This document shows, piece after piece, positions 40,050 through 54,391 of a DNA stretch of 64,000 bases (the stretch's first letter is position 1; each line of letters begins with the position of its first letter). Position numbers and translations under genes: made by a program. The DNA is from Octopus sinensis (lineage: Eukaryota), in NCBI RefSeq assembly GCF_006345805.1, contig NC_042997.1, positions 36,518,001 to 36,582,000 of the forward strand, written 5' to 3'. The notes under the pieces were generated by a model. It did not search any database, was not told the origin of the DNA, and saw only the letters and a list, made by a program, of their open reading frames with translations.

Positions 40050-41400
40050 TAACCTGTGGTTTATGAATGACCTGAAGCTATTTGCTAAGTTTCAGTAAGA
40101 AATTGAGATTTTGAGGGCAAATGTGCAGATGATTATCAAATATATTGGCATGGAATTTTGGAATGAGAAATGCGGTATAATGATTCTCAAAATGGGGAAA
40201 ATTAGTAAAAGCCATGGAATCAAGCTGGAAAGTAACGTAAATATAAAGGAAGTCGGAGAAGAAGGATATAAGTACCTGGCTATCATTGAAAGTGATAAGA
40301 TGAATGTAGACAAAATGAAAGAAATATACAGGAAAAGTAGTTGAGGAGAACCCGGCTTGTGCTCTAATCGAAGCTAAATGATCGCTATAACATTAGAGCA
40401 ATCAACACGTGGGTGGTTGCTTTGATGAGATATGGGGCAGGAATAGTGTCTTTGAAGAAGAAAGAATTACAAGATATAGACGGAGAAGACGTAAATTAAT
40501 GACATTAAACAAGGAACTACACCCCAAGAGTGATAAGTCAAGATTGTATGTAAAGCGGAAAGACGGAAGGCGGGGATTGGTGTGTTGTGAAGGATACGTA
40601 TGAGAAAAGGAGAACATCCTAGCTTGATATATCAAGTAAAGAATAAATGATTGAAGCAATGAAAATGCGGGGAACCTTAAAAGTGAACGAAACCCTAGAT
40701 TTAAGAAAGACGAGAGAGAGAGGACAGATGAAGAAAATTTAGCAGGACAAGAAAATGCACAGTCAGTTCTTGAAGAATAAAGATAATGGCCGCTAGAAAG
40801 GAGGTTTTAAAGGGTCCACAGGCATTAGTGAGCAACGCCCAAGAACAAGCTCTCAGAACTAAATGGTCCAAATTTGACAATGATAAAAACACTGGCTTGC
40901 CACAGTGTACGATGTGCTCTAAGAAGCGAGAAAGTATAAGCCACATGTTTAGTGAATGCTGTAAGCTCTCACAACGTGAATATAAAAGGATACGCGACAA
41001 TGTGGCCAGGTATTTCCACTGGTTGTTGTGTGATAAAGCAAACATCAGGAGAGCCGAACAATGGTATGAACACAAACCAGAGGGAGTAATGGAAAACGAA
41101 CATTACAAATTACTCTGCGATTTTAACATACAGGGCGACCAAATCATAGAGGCGAAACTGCCAGATATCGTGATCTTGCATAAAGATGAAAAGATGCAAA
41201 GATAAAAGATGCTGCAATACCAGGCTATTCGAAGGTGAAATGTAAGGAAACAAAAGAGTGAGAAATACCAGCTGCTGCTGGACGATATAGGAAAGTTATG
41301 GGGCATGAGGAACATCGGTGGATTGAGATAAAGGAACATGTGGGACACTTGAAGGAAGCGGCCTTTTAACGAAAATAATAACAAAAACGAAATTTTACTG
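40050..41400 (+). pseudogene. Degraded R4/Dong-like LINE (RT domain to endonuclease)
   Basis: LWFMNDLKLFA (MDD-like), YKYL, LHPKSDKSRLYVKRKDGRRGL, AQEQAL, C…ESISHMFSEC and KLPDIV motifs. Confidence 0.85.
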
Positions 41401-41829
41401 CCATACAAATTACAGCTTCTCCAATACACAACGTCTCAGTGAAGCATGTGCCAGAATCACATGCGAAATAAACATCGGAACGTTTGTAAAATATAAAAGA
41501 TAATTGGAACAAAACAGTAAGTGCGTAAATTGACTAATTACGCATACACTCCAATGTCTATTCAATTATATATACATTTCAATACCCATAGGGCTGCAAA
41601 TACATCTCAATATTTACACAGCTACGTAAAATTTACAGGACATCACACACACACACGTATGAAAGCATATATCACAAAGGAAGCAAAAAATAACAAAGCA
41701 ATTTTATTTTTATTTTCAAACTAACACAAAGTGAACAATTGATAAGTTTAAAAACACCAACAACAAACTATGATACATCTGACAACAAAAACAAAATACT
41801 GATGAATACAGATCTCTTAGCCTTAAGAA

Positions 41830-42710
41830 GCTACGCTATGTGCAATGCAAGAGTTACAACCATTCTAAAAGCGGGATATTATTGCAAAAAATCAGGATTA
41901 ACACCATCGACTGCCTAGCTATATCTGTTATGACGTACAGCTTTATCATCATAAAATTGTCCATCAGTGAAATCAGTAAAATCGCTGCGAAAATACGCAT
42001 GCTCTTCCCAATATACCGTATACATCACCCAAAGTCAAAAGAAGATAGACCGTACTTCTAACGAAAGGATACAGAACATGGACTAAAACAGCTGCAAGTG
42101 TCGCTAAAAGCAGCAACTATAGGGGTAGATGCCCATCTTAAGTATGCCAATGACTGGAAAGTTAATCTTGTCTGCAAGTATGAAAGTCGCAGAAATATAT
42201 TCAATTTCAAAAGAGGCAAAGAAGTGTGTAAATGAATTGAGGGTCAACAGATTTCAGGTACACTCAGAAGCAAGTGATAAAGGAACTACTATATCAAAGC
42301 AGGTAAAAACACAAACCAAATTAAATGGAGTCCCAGTGGTACGAAGCACATGTAGCAGTAAGTTATTATATATCAATTACTCTACAAAGGCCAGTGATCT
42401 GCATGCTGATACAAAGATGACCCATCAATGGTTGACAGCATCTTGAATTAAGTCAGCAATAGGGAGCTTCGTTGTAGAAGCTAACGATCAATATCCGCCA
42501 ACCCGAGACTTCCAAGCAAACACTCTGAAAATTGGTGCAGGCAGTCATTGCCGTTTTGGCGATACAACCAGGGAAACAAGTTTCCTCTTGATCTCTGCTA
42601 GCCTCACATGAATACATTAGTCACTTGGCCACTATGTACATTGGCCTCTATGCATTAAAGCTGCATTCCCGTATGGGAAGAGCTGTTGGAAATATAACCT
42701 AATCAAAATA
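41830..42710 (+). pseudogene. Degraded R4/Dong-like LINE fragment from another subfamily
   Basis: INTIDCLAISVMTYSF…HHPKSKEDRPYF…HGLKQL and THQWL motifs. Confidence 0.75.
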
Positions 42711-42999
42711 GTAGATAGAAATTTATGTCTTGATGCCAACTCACAACCTTAACTATGGAGGTCAATTATTACATACCTTGATGTTACCAATAAAGCAGAT
42801 ATCTGAATCAATGCAACCCTTGCAGTTACACTGGCATCAATAAGAGACATGTTAGGTCTGTCGGTGACGGTACATAGGGCACGCACAACAATTCGGATTA
42901 CAGTGTAGAAACGATCCATAATCGTATTTCTCTCGGCAAATCCTGGTATTTCCCAACTTTCTCCTGTTCTTTGACCGCTACATTAATGTTCGTAAATAT

Positions 43000-43720
43000 A
43001 GCCTTCTCTTTGATGATGATGCTCTCTTCTGTTTTTTCCTTGTCCAGTACCATAATAACTGGTCATGAAGTTAGTGATCAGTCGGCACATTAAAATATCA
43101 TAATACCTTATACAGGCCGTTCTCTGTTACACTCCCTGCTTGATGTCCGTAGCATCCTCTTCCTACTTCAAATTCCTCAATGCGGAATATGTTCCAGAAA
43201 CGTGCATCAGCCACGGAGTCGTGCCTGTGTCTATATTCCTTCTGTTCCAAATGATACCACAAGATCTTATTGTGGGCATAATAGATTCCTCTTTCACATT
43301 ACAAGCTTCACTTTTGCAATTTTCGCTAACTTGCCTAGTTTGGTCTTAATGATATTCGTCCGCAATGTCTGTCGTTGAAAAGGGATTATGAGTCCTGTTT
43401 CTTTTTTAAGCTCTCCATTCGACAGCCATAATCAGGACTCCTTTACTGCGATGACCTATGTTTGGCTGAGAAGCTGACCGTGAAGGTCATTTCTTCCAGA
43501 GGTTTCTTTCTCGCACCAGTTTTATTCTTATCTGGTCCTCGTTGCCGTCTCTACTGCTTCTTTCTCTCTCCTCTCCACCAGAAATCAGTCTTTCTGAGTT
43601 GCTTCTCACACTCTTTTATGTTACACACTGTGAAGCATTCTAATATACCAAAGATAATCATTTTTATCAGGACAGTTGGAGATTTAGAAATTCATTTATT
43701 ATTAATATATTTACGATGAA
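43000..43720 (-). pseudogene. Probable R4/Dong-like LINE fragments on the minus strand
   Basis: Minus-strand remnants resemble the PDIVVLDKEK region (near 43050) and the pre-RT region. Heavily decayed. Confidence 0.4.
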
Positions 43721-44096
43721 TGTAATTAATGAAGAGAAGGACAGCATGAACGAGAATGTCTAATATAATTTCCAGAACATAAATTGCTATGAACTAGAAT
43801 AATGTTATATATGTTGATGGAAGTTATACGTCATTCCCTTCTGAGAAAAAATTTGTGCATAATTCCAGTCCCGCCAATTGAAAATCGGATTATAAATATA
43901 TCCATTTACTCTCACAATACTGTTAACTCCAGAGCTAAGTTGGTTAAATTGCACAGATTTTCAGCAAGGACATGAACAAGACTAAATTCGTTTTGAATTG
44001 TTGCAGCATGTCGTCAAAATTAGAGTGGCATGTCGCTTACTTAAGCTCCGTAATACTATGTTAAATGTACTATATATATGTGTGTGTGTATTTGTG

Positions 44097-44131
<35 letters not shown>

Positions 44132-44260
44132 GCTTTCAGTACGAATGCTGTTTTTTTATTACAGGCCCGTGATTTACAATCCTGTAAATAATAATAATAA
44201 TGGTATTTTTATATAAGCTTAAAGCTCATGGTGATCACATTGCAATGACTAAGGAAAATA

Positions 44261-44390
44261 GTCTAATAAAGGGGCATATAAGGCCCCCTACAGAAAAAGA
44301 AGGCTTTCCTCTCCGCGTGGGTTCGTCTCCAACGAAGATAGGAAAGCGTTCTTCTTCTGTCAAGGGCTTCTTATATGACCCTTTATTAGA
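44261..44390. mobile_element. Fold-back MITE with TA target duplication
   Basis: GTCTAATAAAGGGGCATATAAG pairs with CTTATATGACCCTTTATTAGAC. Inner arms CAGAAAAAGAAGGCTTTCCT and AGGAAAGCGTTCTTCTTCTG. TA on both sides. Confidence 0.75.
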
Positions 44391-44394
44391 CTAT

Positions 44395-44730
44395 AGGCGC
44401 GTGGCTCAGTGGTTAGAGCGTCGAGCTTACGATCGTGAGGTTGTGAGCTCGAATCCCGGACCAGGCTGCGTGTTGTGTTCTTGAGCAGGACACTTTATTT
44501 CACGTTGCTCCAGTTCACTCAGGTGTAGAAATGAGTTGCGACGTCACAGGTGCCAAACTGTATCGGCCCTTGCCTTTCCCTTGGACAACATCGGTGACGT
44601 GGAGAAGGGAGGCCGGTATGCATGGGCGACTGCTCTTCTTCCATAAAACAAACTTGCCCAGACTTGTGCCTCAGAGGGTAACTATCTAGATGCAAACCCA
44701 TGGTCAGTGTCTGACCGCCGAAGGGGTCTT
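44395..44730 (+). mobile_element. tRNA-derived SINE, family C
   Basis: AGGCGCGTGGCTCAGTGGTTAGAGCG…CTCGAATCCCGG; homologous to 14740-15049. Confidence 0.9.
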
Positions 44731-45692
44731 AATATATATATATGCGTCGTAAGAATTGATACCTAGGTGTGGTCTTTTTATTACAGCCTCGGGCCGACCA
44801 AGTGCATGTCAGTGGATTTGATCGACAGAAGCTGAAAGAAGCCCATCGCGCACATATATATGTGTGTATGTGTGTTTGCTTATTTGTAAGTGCCTGTGTG
44901 TGTATGCGTCTGTATACATACATACATACCAACATACATACATATATACATACACACACATATATATATATATATATATATGCATGAGGTTAGTGTTAGT
45001 GCCAGTTTACGCCCCTGTGTAGATATATATATAATTTCAAATAAGACGACAGGGAAAAATATGTTGATATGAAGACAAAAATATAATTAAATGCTCATGT
45101 TTCCTTATGGGATTACTTTCCGCGTACGCCGGGCATTTTGTGTGGCATTTGAACATCAATGAAAGTGGTGTACCGATCAGTTAGATCGTTAACATAAGCC
45201 AAACTAATGCTAAATTAATGAAAAATTCACTGGCATATTCTAAATATAAAGTCTGCGCTTTAACTTTTGATTTGTCTGTTATGTCGGGAAAAAAATTTGC
45301 TGCTTTCTTTTTTATATACGATTAAAGATTTTTCTTTCAAAGATAGAGAACAAACATCGCAAACATACTGTTTCTCCAACATTATATAAGATATAGAGTA
45401 CACTCACATATGATGCACGTATAGCGACACACAAAGGTAGTTATGTAGCTTTTCATGTGCGTTCATGTATGTGTGTTTATGTGTATGTATATATACATAT
45501 ATGTGATTGTACGTAAATATTCATATAACTGTATGATGTATGTGTATCTCTCTCTTTGTTTCTCTCTCTCTCTTCATATATATATATATTATATATATAT
45601 ATATATATATTTCAAGAGAGAGAGAAGATGAGTGACCAAAAGTGTGTGAGTCACATATGCATATTATATACGTATGCATGCATATATATATA

Positions 45693-45747
<55 letters not shown>

Positions 45748-45808
45748 TATATATATAAATATATTTGCATATGTATATATATATATATATATATATAAAT
45801 ATATTTCC

Positions 45809-45851
<43 letters not shown>

Positions 45852-48252
45852 CATACATACATGCATATCTGTGTCTATGGTTGTGTGTGGATGGGCTTGT
45901 GTGTATGTGGTGTCTGTGTGTATAATTTCATTGTTTCATACTTACCAGCTGTGCACAGGTGCGTAGATAATAAAAGATTATTGATGCAAAATGATAATTA
46001 CTGCTAATCTAATATATCTCTGAAACACTGCTACATAGATTTTACAAGTATTTTGTTTTCCTTTTAGATATGATGTGAGATACGAAAATATTTTTTTTTG
46101 ATTTCTCAGCGACGACGTGAACATGAATAACGTGAAATTTCATTTTCTTTGTTGCCATCAAGCAGGAAATGATATTATATGATGCTAGCTTTCTAACACT
46201 TAGTTAATAAATATATTCTTCAAAATAGTAAATTTATGCTCGGAGATATTTTTTTGTTCCTGTCAAAACGATATAATTCAATATAGGTACTGAAGAAAAT
46301 GGAACCCATATAAATTCGATAAATTTAAATACCAACTTGAGATTGGTAACAGAAGCAACTTCAAAGTGTCACAATGTTTGCATATTTGAAGTTGCTATGT
46401 AATTGGGTTGTGAGTATGCGGACCGCTATCTACATTCTAATTATGCTCAATATTGATAAAAAAAACTCATTAAACAGTAGCTCACTTTTCCATGGTTGGC
46501 AAGCATGCATTACTCGTCACAGAAATAGGTAATTGATGTACATATCATCGACAATCTTTTAGTTATGAGTGTTAGATTTATGCTTCACCAGTCATCTGTT
46601 TAATTTTAGTAGTGAGTTAGTTACGTTATGTGTATATTGATATACACATAAAACATATAGCACTGTCCACAGTTATACAAATAATTTTTATCATTATTTA
46701 TCAATTTTTAAGAGACGTGTTTAGATTAGATATATGCTGTACACAAATATTCCTATAACTACCTTTCTATTTATGTTGTGTTGTAGAGTGCATTGCAAGT
46801 GCTTCTTTTGTAAGAGAAACGGGTGAATCGCGTACAAGTTTGATGAATATAAAAAGGTGCAATCGTTGCGTTTATAGCTGGCAATATTACATTTGAACTC
46901 TAAATCACACGAGTGATCAATAGCGTGTTCGTGAGTTGACATGCATGTGGTGTGTTGCCAATATGGAGGTTTTTAATTTTGTCGTTTTATAATCATATTG
47001 TCAGTGCTAAATTACATTTACCTGTGTTGTCACGAGTTTTATAATGCATAATGTGATCTATAGTTAATATTCATTTGATTTATATAATGCACTATACGTG
47101 TGGTTTGTGTATTAGTAATAAGCCAAGTCTCTGATGTTTTTGTTGCGTGTTTTTTCGGGCCGTTTTGTTGGATTGCTTTCTTAGTACCGGCATTGATGAT
47201 TAATAATTGTTGACTTCTATGAATTACCTTATACTGTCATTCATTTCTGGTAATGATTCAGTACGCTTATCTATGTAAGGATTTTACTAAAGATAGTTTT
47301 GTTTATGTGTGATTGCGTGTGTGTCCGTGTGAGTGAGTGAATGGGTGAGTCTGTGTGTGAGCACGCGTGTGTTTGTGTATTCGCCGCCTCCATGAAGGAT
47401 TATACAGCTATGTGTGACTTTGATCTAAGTAGAACGAACACATCCCTTCTTTTATAGCATAAGCAAGTTCTTTTACGTACATGGAGACAGCAAAAGCCTA
47501 TGCTGATATTAAATGTCAGTAGTACATTAAGATTCGCCTCTACAAACAAAACAGTAGATGAAGTAATCTATAAAACAAAATAAACAACACTGCTCAGCCT
47601 CGAATTTATTTTCGGCACCAGAAAACGATAGACAAATATAAGGTAATAAAAGGTCCAACATATATTTCAAAATTACATGATCAACCCATAAGTATTATTA
47701 CACGAATAAAACATATAGTAACTATAGAATAGATAAGGATATTGTGAAGCTTCATGAAGCAGAACGCATTATGTATAAAACCAAACAATGAACTAGCTTT
47801 ATTAATAATCTCACAAGCATTGAATTTTAATACAAATCATAATGATCTAAATTCGCAAACATACAATCGATGAACAATAGGATTTGTAAAATCCATTTGC
47901 GTATATGAGAGTTCTAAACAGCATGCCACCAGATGTTATCTTGCACATAGAGTTAAAAAAAAAGCCTCTCTTCGGATCACTATGTATTTACAAGGTGCAA
48001 TAAAATATACACTACATATACTACGGGAAACAAACTCAGAAAAAACATTAGAATCCAATGATGATTCCCTCACAAAATGGATAACTATAATTAATATCGG
48101 AGGAAATACTCCTAATGCTGTGCAATGCTGAATGGAACACATGCAATATATACTAGCCATAAAGAAATATAAACATACATTGGCCGGTGTTTAAATCTAT
48201 ATGTCAATATTTAAGTTTTAGCGCATGTGAGTTGTAGTGGTTTTGCTACATA

Positions 48253-49480
48253 TTAGGTCGACAAGTATGAAATTTGTAGAACAGTAAAGAAGGTTTCAAA
48301 TGCTTTATAAATACATACAATAGTTTTATTCATCAAAGTACGTACCCATATTGACAATACAGTTTTTCTATTTCAGCGGTAGCTTCTCTAGCCCGGAACT
48401 GTAAAAACCTGGCAGTCTAGAGACAATAATATCTGGGAAGGTCTGTTTTACAGCATCGTTTGAATTTAATTTTTTTTCCTACCAAAAAGTTATCCATATT
48501 CTGGAAAAGGTGGTAGTCAGTGGGGGGGGGGGACAAGATCAGGTGAGTATGGTGGATGAGGGAGAACTTCAAACTCGAACTCCTGTAGTTTCGCCAACGT
48601 AATTTTGGCGAGTGTGGCCAGGCGTTGTCTTGCAATGAAATTGGAGTGGATCTGTTGACTAATCTAGGCTGTTCTTTTTGTAAGTTTCTGCATCATTTGG
48701 TCCAGTTGGCTGTAGTACACTTTGGCTGTGATTGATGAGCCAGGTTTAGTGAAATCATAATGGATCACACTTGCCCCTGACCACCAAACACACACCATCA
48801 GCTTCTTTTGATGTATTTTGCCTTTGGACTCTGCTTTGGTGGCTCGTCTTTGCCCGATCATTGTGCTGAACGTTTACGTTTGTTGTACTGGATCCATTTT
48901 CATCACATGTTACAATTCGATTAAAAAATGATTCCTTTTTGTGACGAGAAAGTAGCATAAGGCAGACTTCCAAACGTTGCTGTTTCTGATTTTTTGTAGA
49001 TGAGTCAATATTTTTTGCTTGCAAACAACAAACAACAACGATAAATTACGGGCACTTTGAGATTGATCAGACTAGACGGCGGCTCTCTGTTCGTCTTTGT
49101 TTCTGGTCGACCGAATTGCTCATTTGTGAGGTCAAAGTTACCAGAAAGAAATTTTACGAACCAATTTGATACTCTCTGATGTACTAGAATGAAATACCCC
49201 ACCTTAATATTCTGAGCTATCCATTAACATTCTGAGCGGTATTTCCAAGAAAGAACTCGTATTTCAAACCGGTACGAATTTTCGATTTATCCATCTCTAA
49301 ACATAAATAGAAAAAAAAAAGAAACGTCTTATACATACATTATAAAGCGCAAAATTAGTTAGAATTAAAAAAAATAGATGTGTCAGCTTAAAATAAGATA
49401 AGATAAGTAATGGCGCAAAATTAGCAGCTGTCAAAATTTTAACATATACCTTGCTCAAAAATTCATATTACACGACCTGA
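48253..49480 (-). mobile_element. Near full-length mariner (Tc1/mariner superfamily, DD34D type), 1228 bp
   Basis: Imperfect TIRs TTAGGTCGACAAGTATGAAATT (left) and AAATTCATATTACACGACCTGA (right), each flanked by TA. Confidence 0.88.
48326..49294 (-). pseudogene. Mariner transposase pseudogene
   Basis: MDKSKIR…, NFDLTNEQFGRP, RIVTCDE, KKLMVCVWW, QDNAWPH, HPPYSPDL-PTDYHLF and GTYFDE*; frameshifted. Confidence 0.9.
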
Positions 49481-49736
49481 TATAAAGAGATTGAATCACA
49501 TAGTACGCTGTCTGTATCTTGAAGATCTAACTATCAAAGTATAGAATTGTTGTTCACAAATTTAGGAACCTCGTTGAATAAACGCTTGCAAATATTATGT
49601 CTGAAAATATTTCAATCCACCATTCTAAAAATGCTCTGACGGGAATATAGTTCTAGTTTTAATAAAGCATAAGTAAAATAAAATGATCTCCGAGCCCTAC
49701 CCCATTCATATTCACCCAGAGACATTTCTATCTATT

Positions 49737-49769
<33 letters not shown>

Positions 49770-49772
49770 ATA

Positions 49773-49817
<45 letters not shown>

Positions 49818-50874
49818 TATATATATGTATGTGTGTGTATACGTACATCATATATAAAAAGTGATATCTGACCTGTATGTTTCACCGCGGTTACACATAC
49901 AGGCATATTTTTTTCTACGCTTGTAGTAACACACAAACTGTTTAAACAGATTTAGTATTCTATCAGCAACAACATATTCACACGTGAACAGAATGAATCC
50001 ATTCATTGTGCTAATATGCTTTCGAAGTGAATTGATTGTAACATATAGATGTAAAAATCAGCTTTTTCGGCATCTTACAAGGACAGTCCAGTCGTAAATT
50101 TAATCCAAGTAAGGTATAGTAATTTGTACTTGATTTATATTTTCACTGCTTAAACTATACTCTAATTTCTTTCCGTTTGATATTGATATACGACTTTGAA
50201 TAACGTAGCTTACAATTCTGTTGGCAGATGAACCTGTTAAATATCTTAGGAGCAACAAATAATAGATCGACCAGTTTTACCTACAGATTCATTGCAATTA
50301 GAATTTCAGAAAACTCACAAATATCATTTGGTGTCAACAAATTTGTTTAGTATAACTAACGTAAGACTATTAAATAACAATGATTTTTGTACTGCGCATT
50401 ACATCGAGGGTATTTAGATCCTGATCTTAAAACAAGACTACAAAAGTAAATTGTCAAAAGTGGTTGATGACAGCGAAAAATTTATAAGAATTCTCATAAA
50501 TCTCACTGGAGCGAATATGAAATGCTCACAAGATACAGACAGTTCTAAAGATATTCTGAGACAGTTTCATCGTAAATAACTTACAAATATGCTTCGAAGT
50601 ATTTATATATATATAATATAATATAATATTATATTATATTATATATTTTATAATATATTTTTAGACACTCTTTTAAACTCTCTGAAGATGGCTATTCTAG
50701 GAATTACTGGTACGTACGTATGTAATAAGCAGTCTTTACATACGTATATATATATCTACTGATAATTGTTTAAAATACACAAAGACATAATGTAATATCT
50801 AACAATTGATGTATACTATTTCTGTATCACCCCATTTTTTCTAGTCGTATTTTATATATATACATATTACATTT

Positions 50875-50909
<35 letters not shown>

Positions 50910-50931
50910 ATCTATATATATATATATATAT

Positions 50932-51056
<125 letters not shown>

Positions 51057-52221
51057 CATATATTATATAATCTGTTGTGTCTGGGGAGAGTCACTTGCTT
51101 TTTGTGCCGTATAATGTAACACACTCACCGGTAAAATTTCCTCTTATTTCTAATTTTTTTATTTTCCTAAAATTTTCGTTGCGACTTGCAACATTTTCAA
51201 TGCATATTTATATATATACATAGATAGACGCTCACATATATATGAATATATACCTATATTTATGTATATATATATGTACACATATACATATATATGTGTG
51301 TGGTGTACGTGTGTATGTATGTGCGTGTGTTTGCCTTCGCGTGTGTGTAGACAGATATTTAACATGCTACATATACCTACCTATATGTATGCCTGAATTC
51401 AATTTGAAATACAATGAAAATTAAAATATAAGAGTGGAAACATGCAGCGAAGACTAAAACAATGGTGTTTACTTTATAGAATATTTCTCCATTGAGATTA
51501 ATAACTTTTCGCAGTGTTAAAATGGAGGTATTTTGAGCTGGTAACTAGTGCATAGATATGTGTGAGGGGCTGGTGTTACAATATTCATAGTCATTTAGTT
51601 GCAATATTCAGTGCGGAAAAGATTTAATAACTTATAACAAATTAATGTGTGTATATGAGAATAAATAGGTTTGTATTTATTGCTATACTTGTACATATTT
51701 ACATAAATATATACATGCATACATAGGAAAAGAGGGATTTCAGCCTGAATGCGTCATGGTGAAATAAAATGGAGAGAGAATGATGTACCGAAACTAACAG
51801 TAAAACATAGAAAATTAATGCAGAAACCTTGGCTAAAGGAGTTGAAATCTGCAGACTGGGTAGGCTCCTGGAAGGCACTTAATAGTTGGATATTGGCTTA
51901 AGAAGCTGGCGTTTTATAGAAACCAATTGGTATGTATGTTCAGAAAGATTATGGGAAGACAGACTGATATACCAAATTGGCTTTCCACAGCGAGGACAAA
52001 TCTTTTCACCAAAAATGTAATCACCGAGATGGCAGTAAACTACAGGCCCATTGCTTGCCTAAACACTATGTACAAACTGTACACAATTCGTTTCAACCAA
52101 TTTCTCCGCGACCGTTGTGAGTGGAACAACATTGTGACTGATGAACAGGCTGGTGGAAAGAATGGAGAGTGTGGTATTGTGCCGAACAACTTTTAATAAA
52201 CAAAGTTGTACTGTCTGAAAT

Positions 52222-52606
52222 GTGGAGGCGCAATGGCCCAGTGGTTAGGGCAGCGGACTCGCGGTCATAGGATCGTGGTTTCGATTCCCAAACCGAGCGT
52301 TGTGAGTGTTTATTGAGCGAAAACACCTAAAGCTCCACGAGGCTCCGGCAGGGGATGGTGGTGATCCCTGCTGTACTCTTTCACCACAACTTTCTCTCAC
52401 TCTTTCTTCCTCTTTCTGTTGTACCTGTATTTCAAAGGGCCAGCCTTGTCACTCTCTGTGTCACCCTGAATATCCCTGAGAACTACGTTAAGGGTGCACG
52501 TGTCTGTGGAGTGATCAGCCACTTACACGTTAATTTCCCGAGCAGGCTGTTCCGTTGATTCGGATCAACCGGAACCCTCATCGTCGTAACCGACGGAATG
52601 CTTCCC
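52222..52606 (+). mobile_element. Full-length SINE family B with target-site duplication
   Basis: Near-identical to 5839-6223. 12-bp TSD ACTGTCTGAAAT at 52210-52221 and 52607-52618. Confidence 0.93.
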
Positions 52607-54005
52607 ACTGTCTGAAATAAGAAAACAACGTAGTAACCTTGTGACACTATAGCTTGACTATAAAAAGTCATTTGACACTATCCCTCATCCATAGCTGTTG
52701 AAGTGGCCACAACTGGCAAAAGTACGACTACCTTAATTGCATCTATAAAGAGACTCACAAAGATATGGAGAAAAATTCTTACGCTTACAACCGAGAAGAG
52801 AATAGTTGTTTCTGATAGGATACGCATTTCAAAGGGAATATTCCAGGGAGATAGTCTTTCTGTACTTCTTTTCATTTTGGCACTGTATCAATTATCGTTC
52901 CTACCGCAGAAAATAAATGGTTACAGCTGCTAGAAATATCAACCTAACTAATAATTTCTTTGTAGACGACTTGTAGATTTATGCTAAAATGTTTAGGAAC
53001 GCCAGACAATAACATTTTTCAGCAGATATAGGCATGGAATTTAACCATAAAAAATGTTCATATTTGGATCTAGATCGAAGAAAGTTAGTCCTCCAAACAC
53101 AAAAGATGTGCATCAACAGTCTCTATATCTCCCTCAATTCCAGACAAAGAATGTTACAATTACCTAAGCATAGATGAAAATGTATCATATGAATGCACTG
53201 TGAATTAAGATAGAGTAACCTGAAAATATTACACTAGACTTAGGAAAAATATGGCAGTCGGAACTCTCCTCTTAAATCAAAACAATATCCCATAATGCAT
53301 TTGCAGTACCAGTGCTGATCACAACATTAGGCATACTTCATTGGTCTGTAGAGGAAATCAACTTCATAGATACCAAAACCTGCAAAATCCTGACATTAAC
53401 CGGGTACTTCTACAGAAATAGTGAAGTTGACAGGCTCTACTTAAGAAGAAATAAAGGTGGTAGAGACCTGAGATCAGTGCAGACGGCCTGCGAATGCCGT
53501 ATGGTATTACCCAGGCAGTACCCTCTAAACAACAGCAGGAAAAAAAAAATATAAATGCAGTGCGGAAAAGTGAAGTGAACAACATTGTACGAGTTGGCAC
53601 TGATCTCCTCAAGAAGCACTCTCTTCCTGATGATCTCCTTTAAAGCTCCAAAACAGATGGGCTCTGTTACATCAGACAAGACCTGAATGGAAAGCACTCA
53701 GTTTACAAAAAAAAACTATGCATGGAAGCTTGAAGAAGAGAGTAGAATTGACATGAAGCGCAGCCTCTCTTGAATACAAGACCACTACATCACATCACAC
53801 TTTGAGTGCTATGCATTTGCATTCCAGAAACATGAGACTTCCACAAAGTGCCTGGTAAACAAGAGAGGCAGTGTCTTTTTTGTAATCACTGGAGTCAACC
53901 GTATGTGTAGGCTATATCATGTTTCTGTGGAAGAAATCACGAATATGATAAGCAGCTCTCCGAAAACGTCGTCACGGTACTACGTCTACTTGCGGTGGCA
54001 TGATA

Positions 54006-54391
54006 TCTTTATATATAAAAGTAAGGTTGTGTGTCTGTCTACTCCGATTTAGATTCCTAACTACTCCCACATTTTGCGGTGCAGTTTAACCAAAACCGGG
54101 TATCTTATAGTCATGATTCATATCGAGCCCTTCTGGGTATTAGCGCGCGTCTACGATGAGTCTACGATTTTAAAAATAATTTACCATCATTTTTTTCATT
54201 TTAATGCATAGTTTTTAAAGGGAAGTAACTCTCTAAAAATGTCTACGATGAGTCAACGATTTAAAAAAATTTACTATCATATTTTTTCCATTTTTAATGA
54301 AATTTTTTGCTATTTTTTGGCTATATCTCTCTAAAAATGCTTTATAGTTATTTCCCTTACAAACCCGTGCAACGCCGGGCGATACTGCTAG
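54006..54391 (+). mobile_element. Non-autonomous Helitron
   Basis: 5' TC, 3' CTAG, subterminal hairpin CCCG…CGGG. Inserted between A and T without TSD. Second copy at 57443. Confidence 0.88.

Noticed and set aside
50675-50725. CTGAAGATGGCT as a hammerhead start
   Set aside because: No downstream GAAA strand or closing stems.
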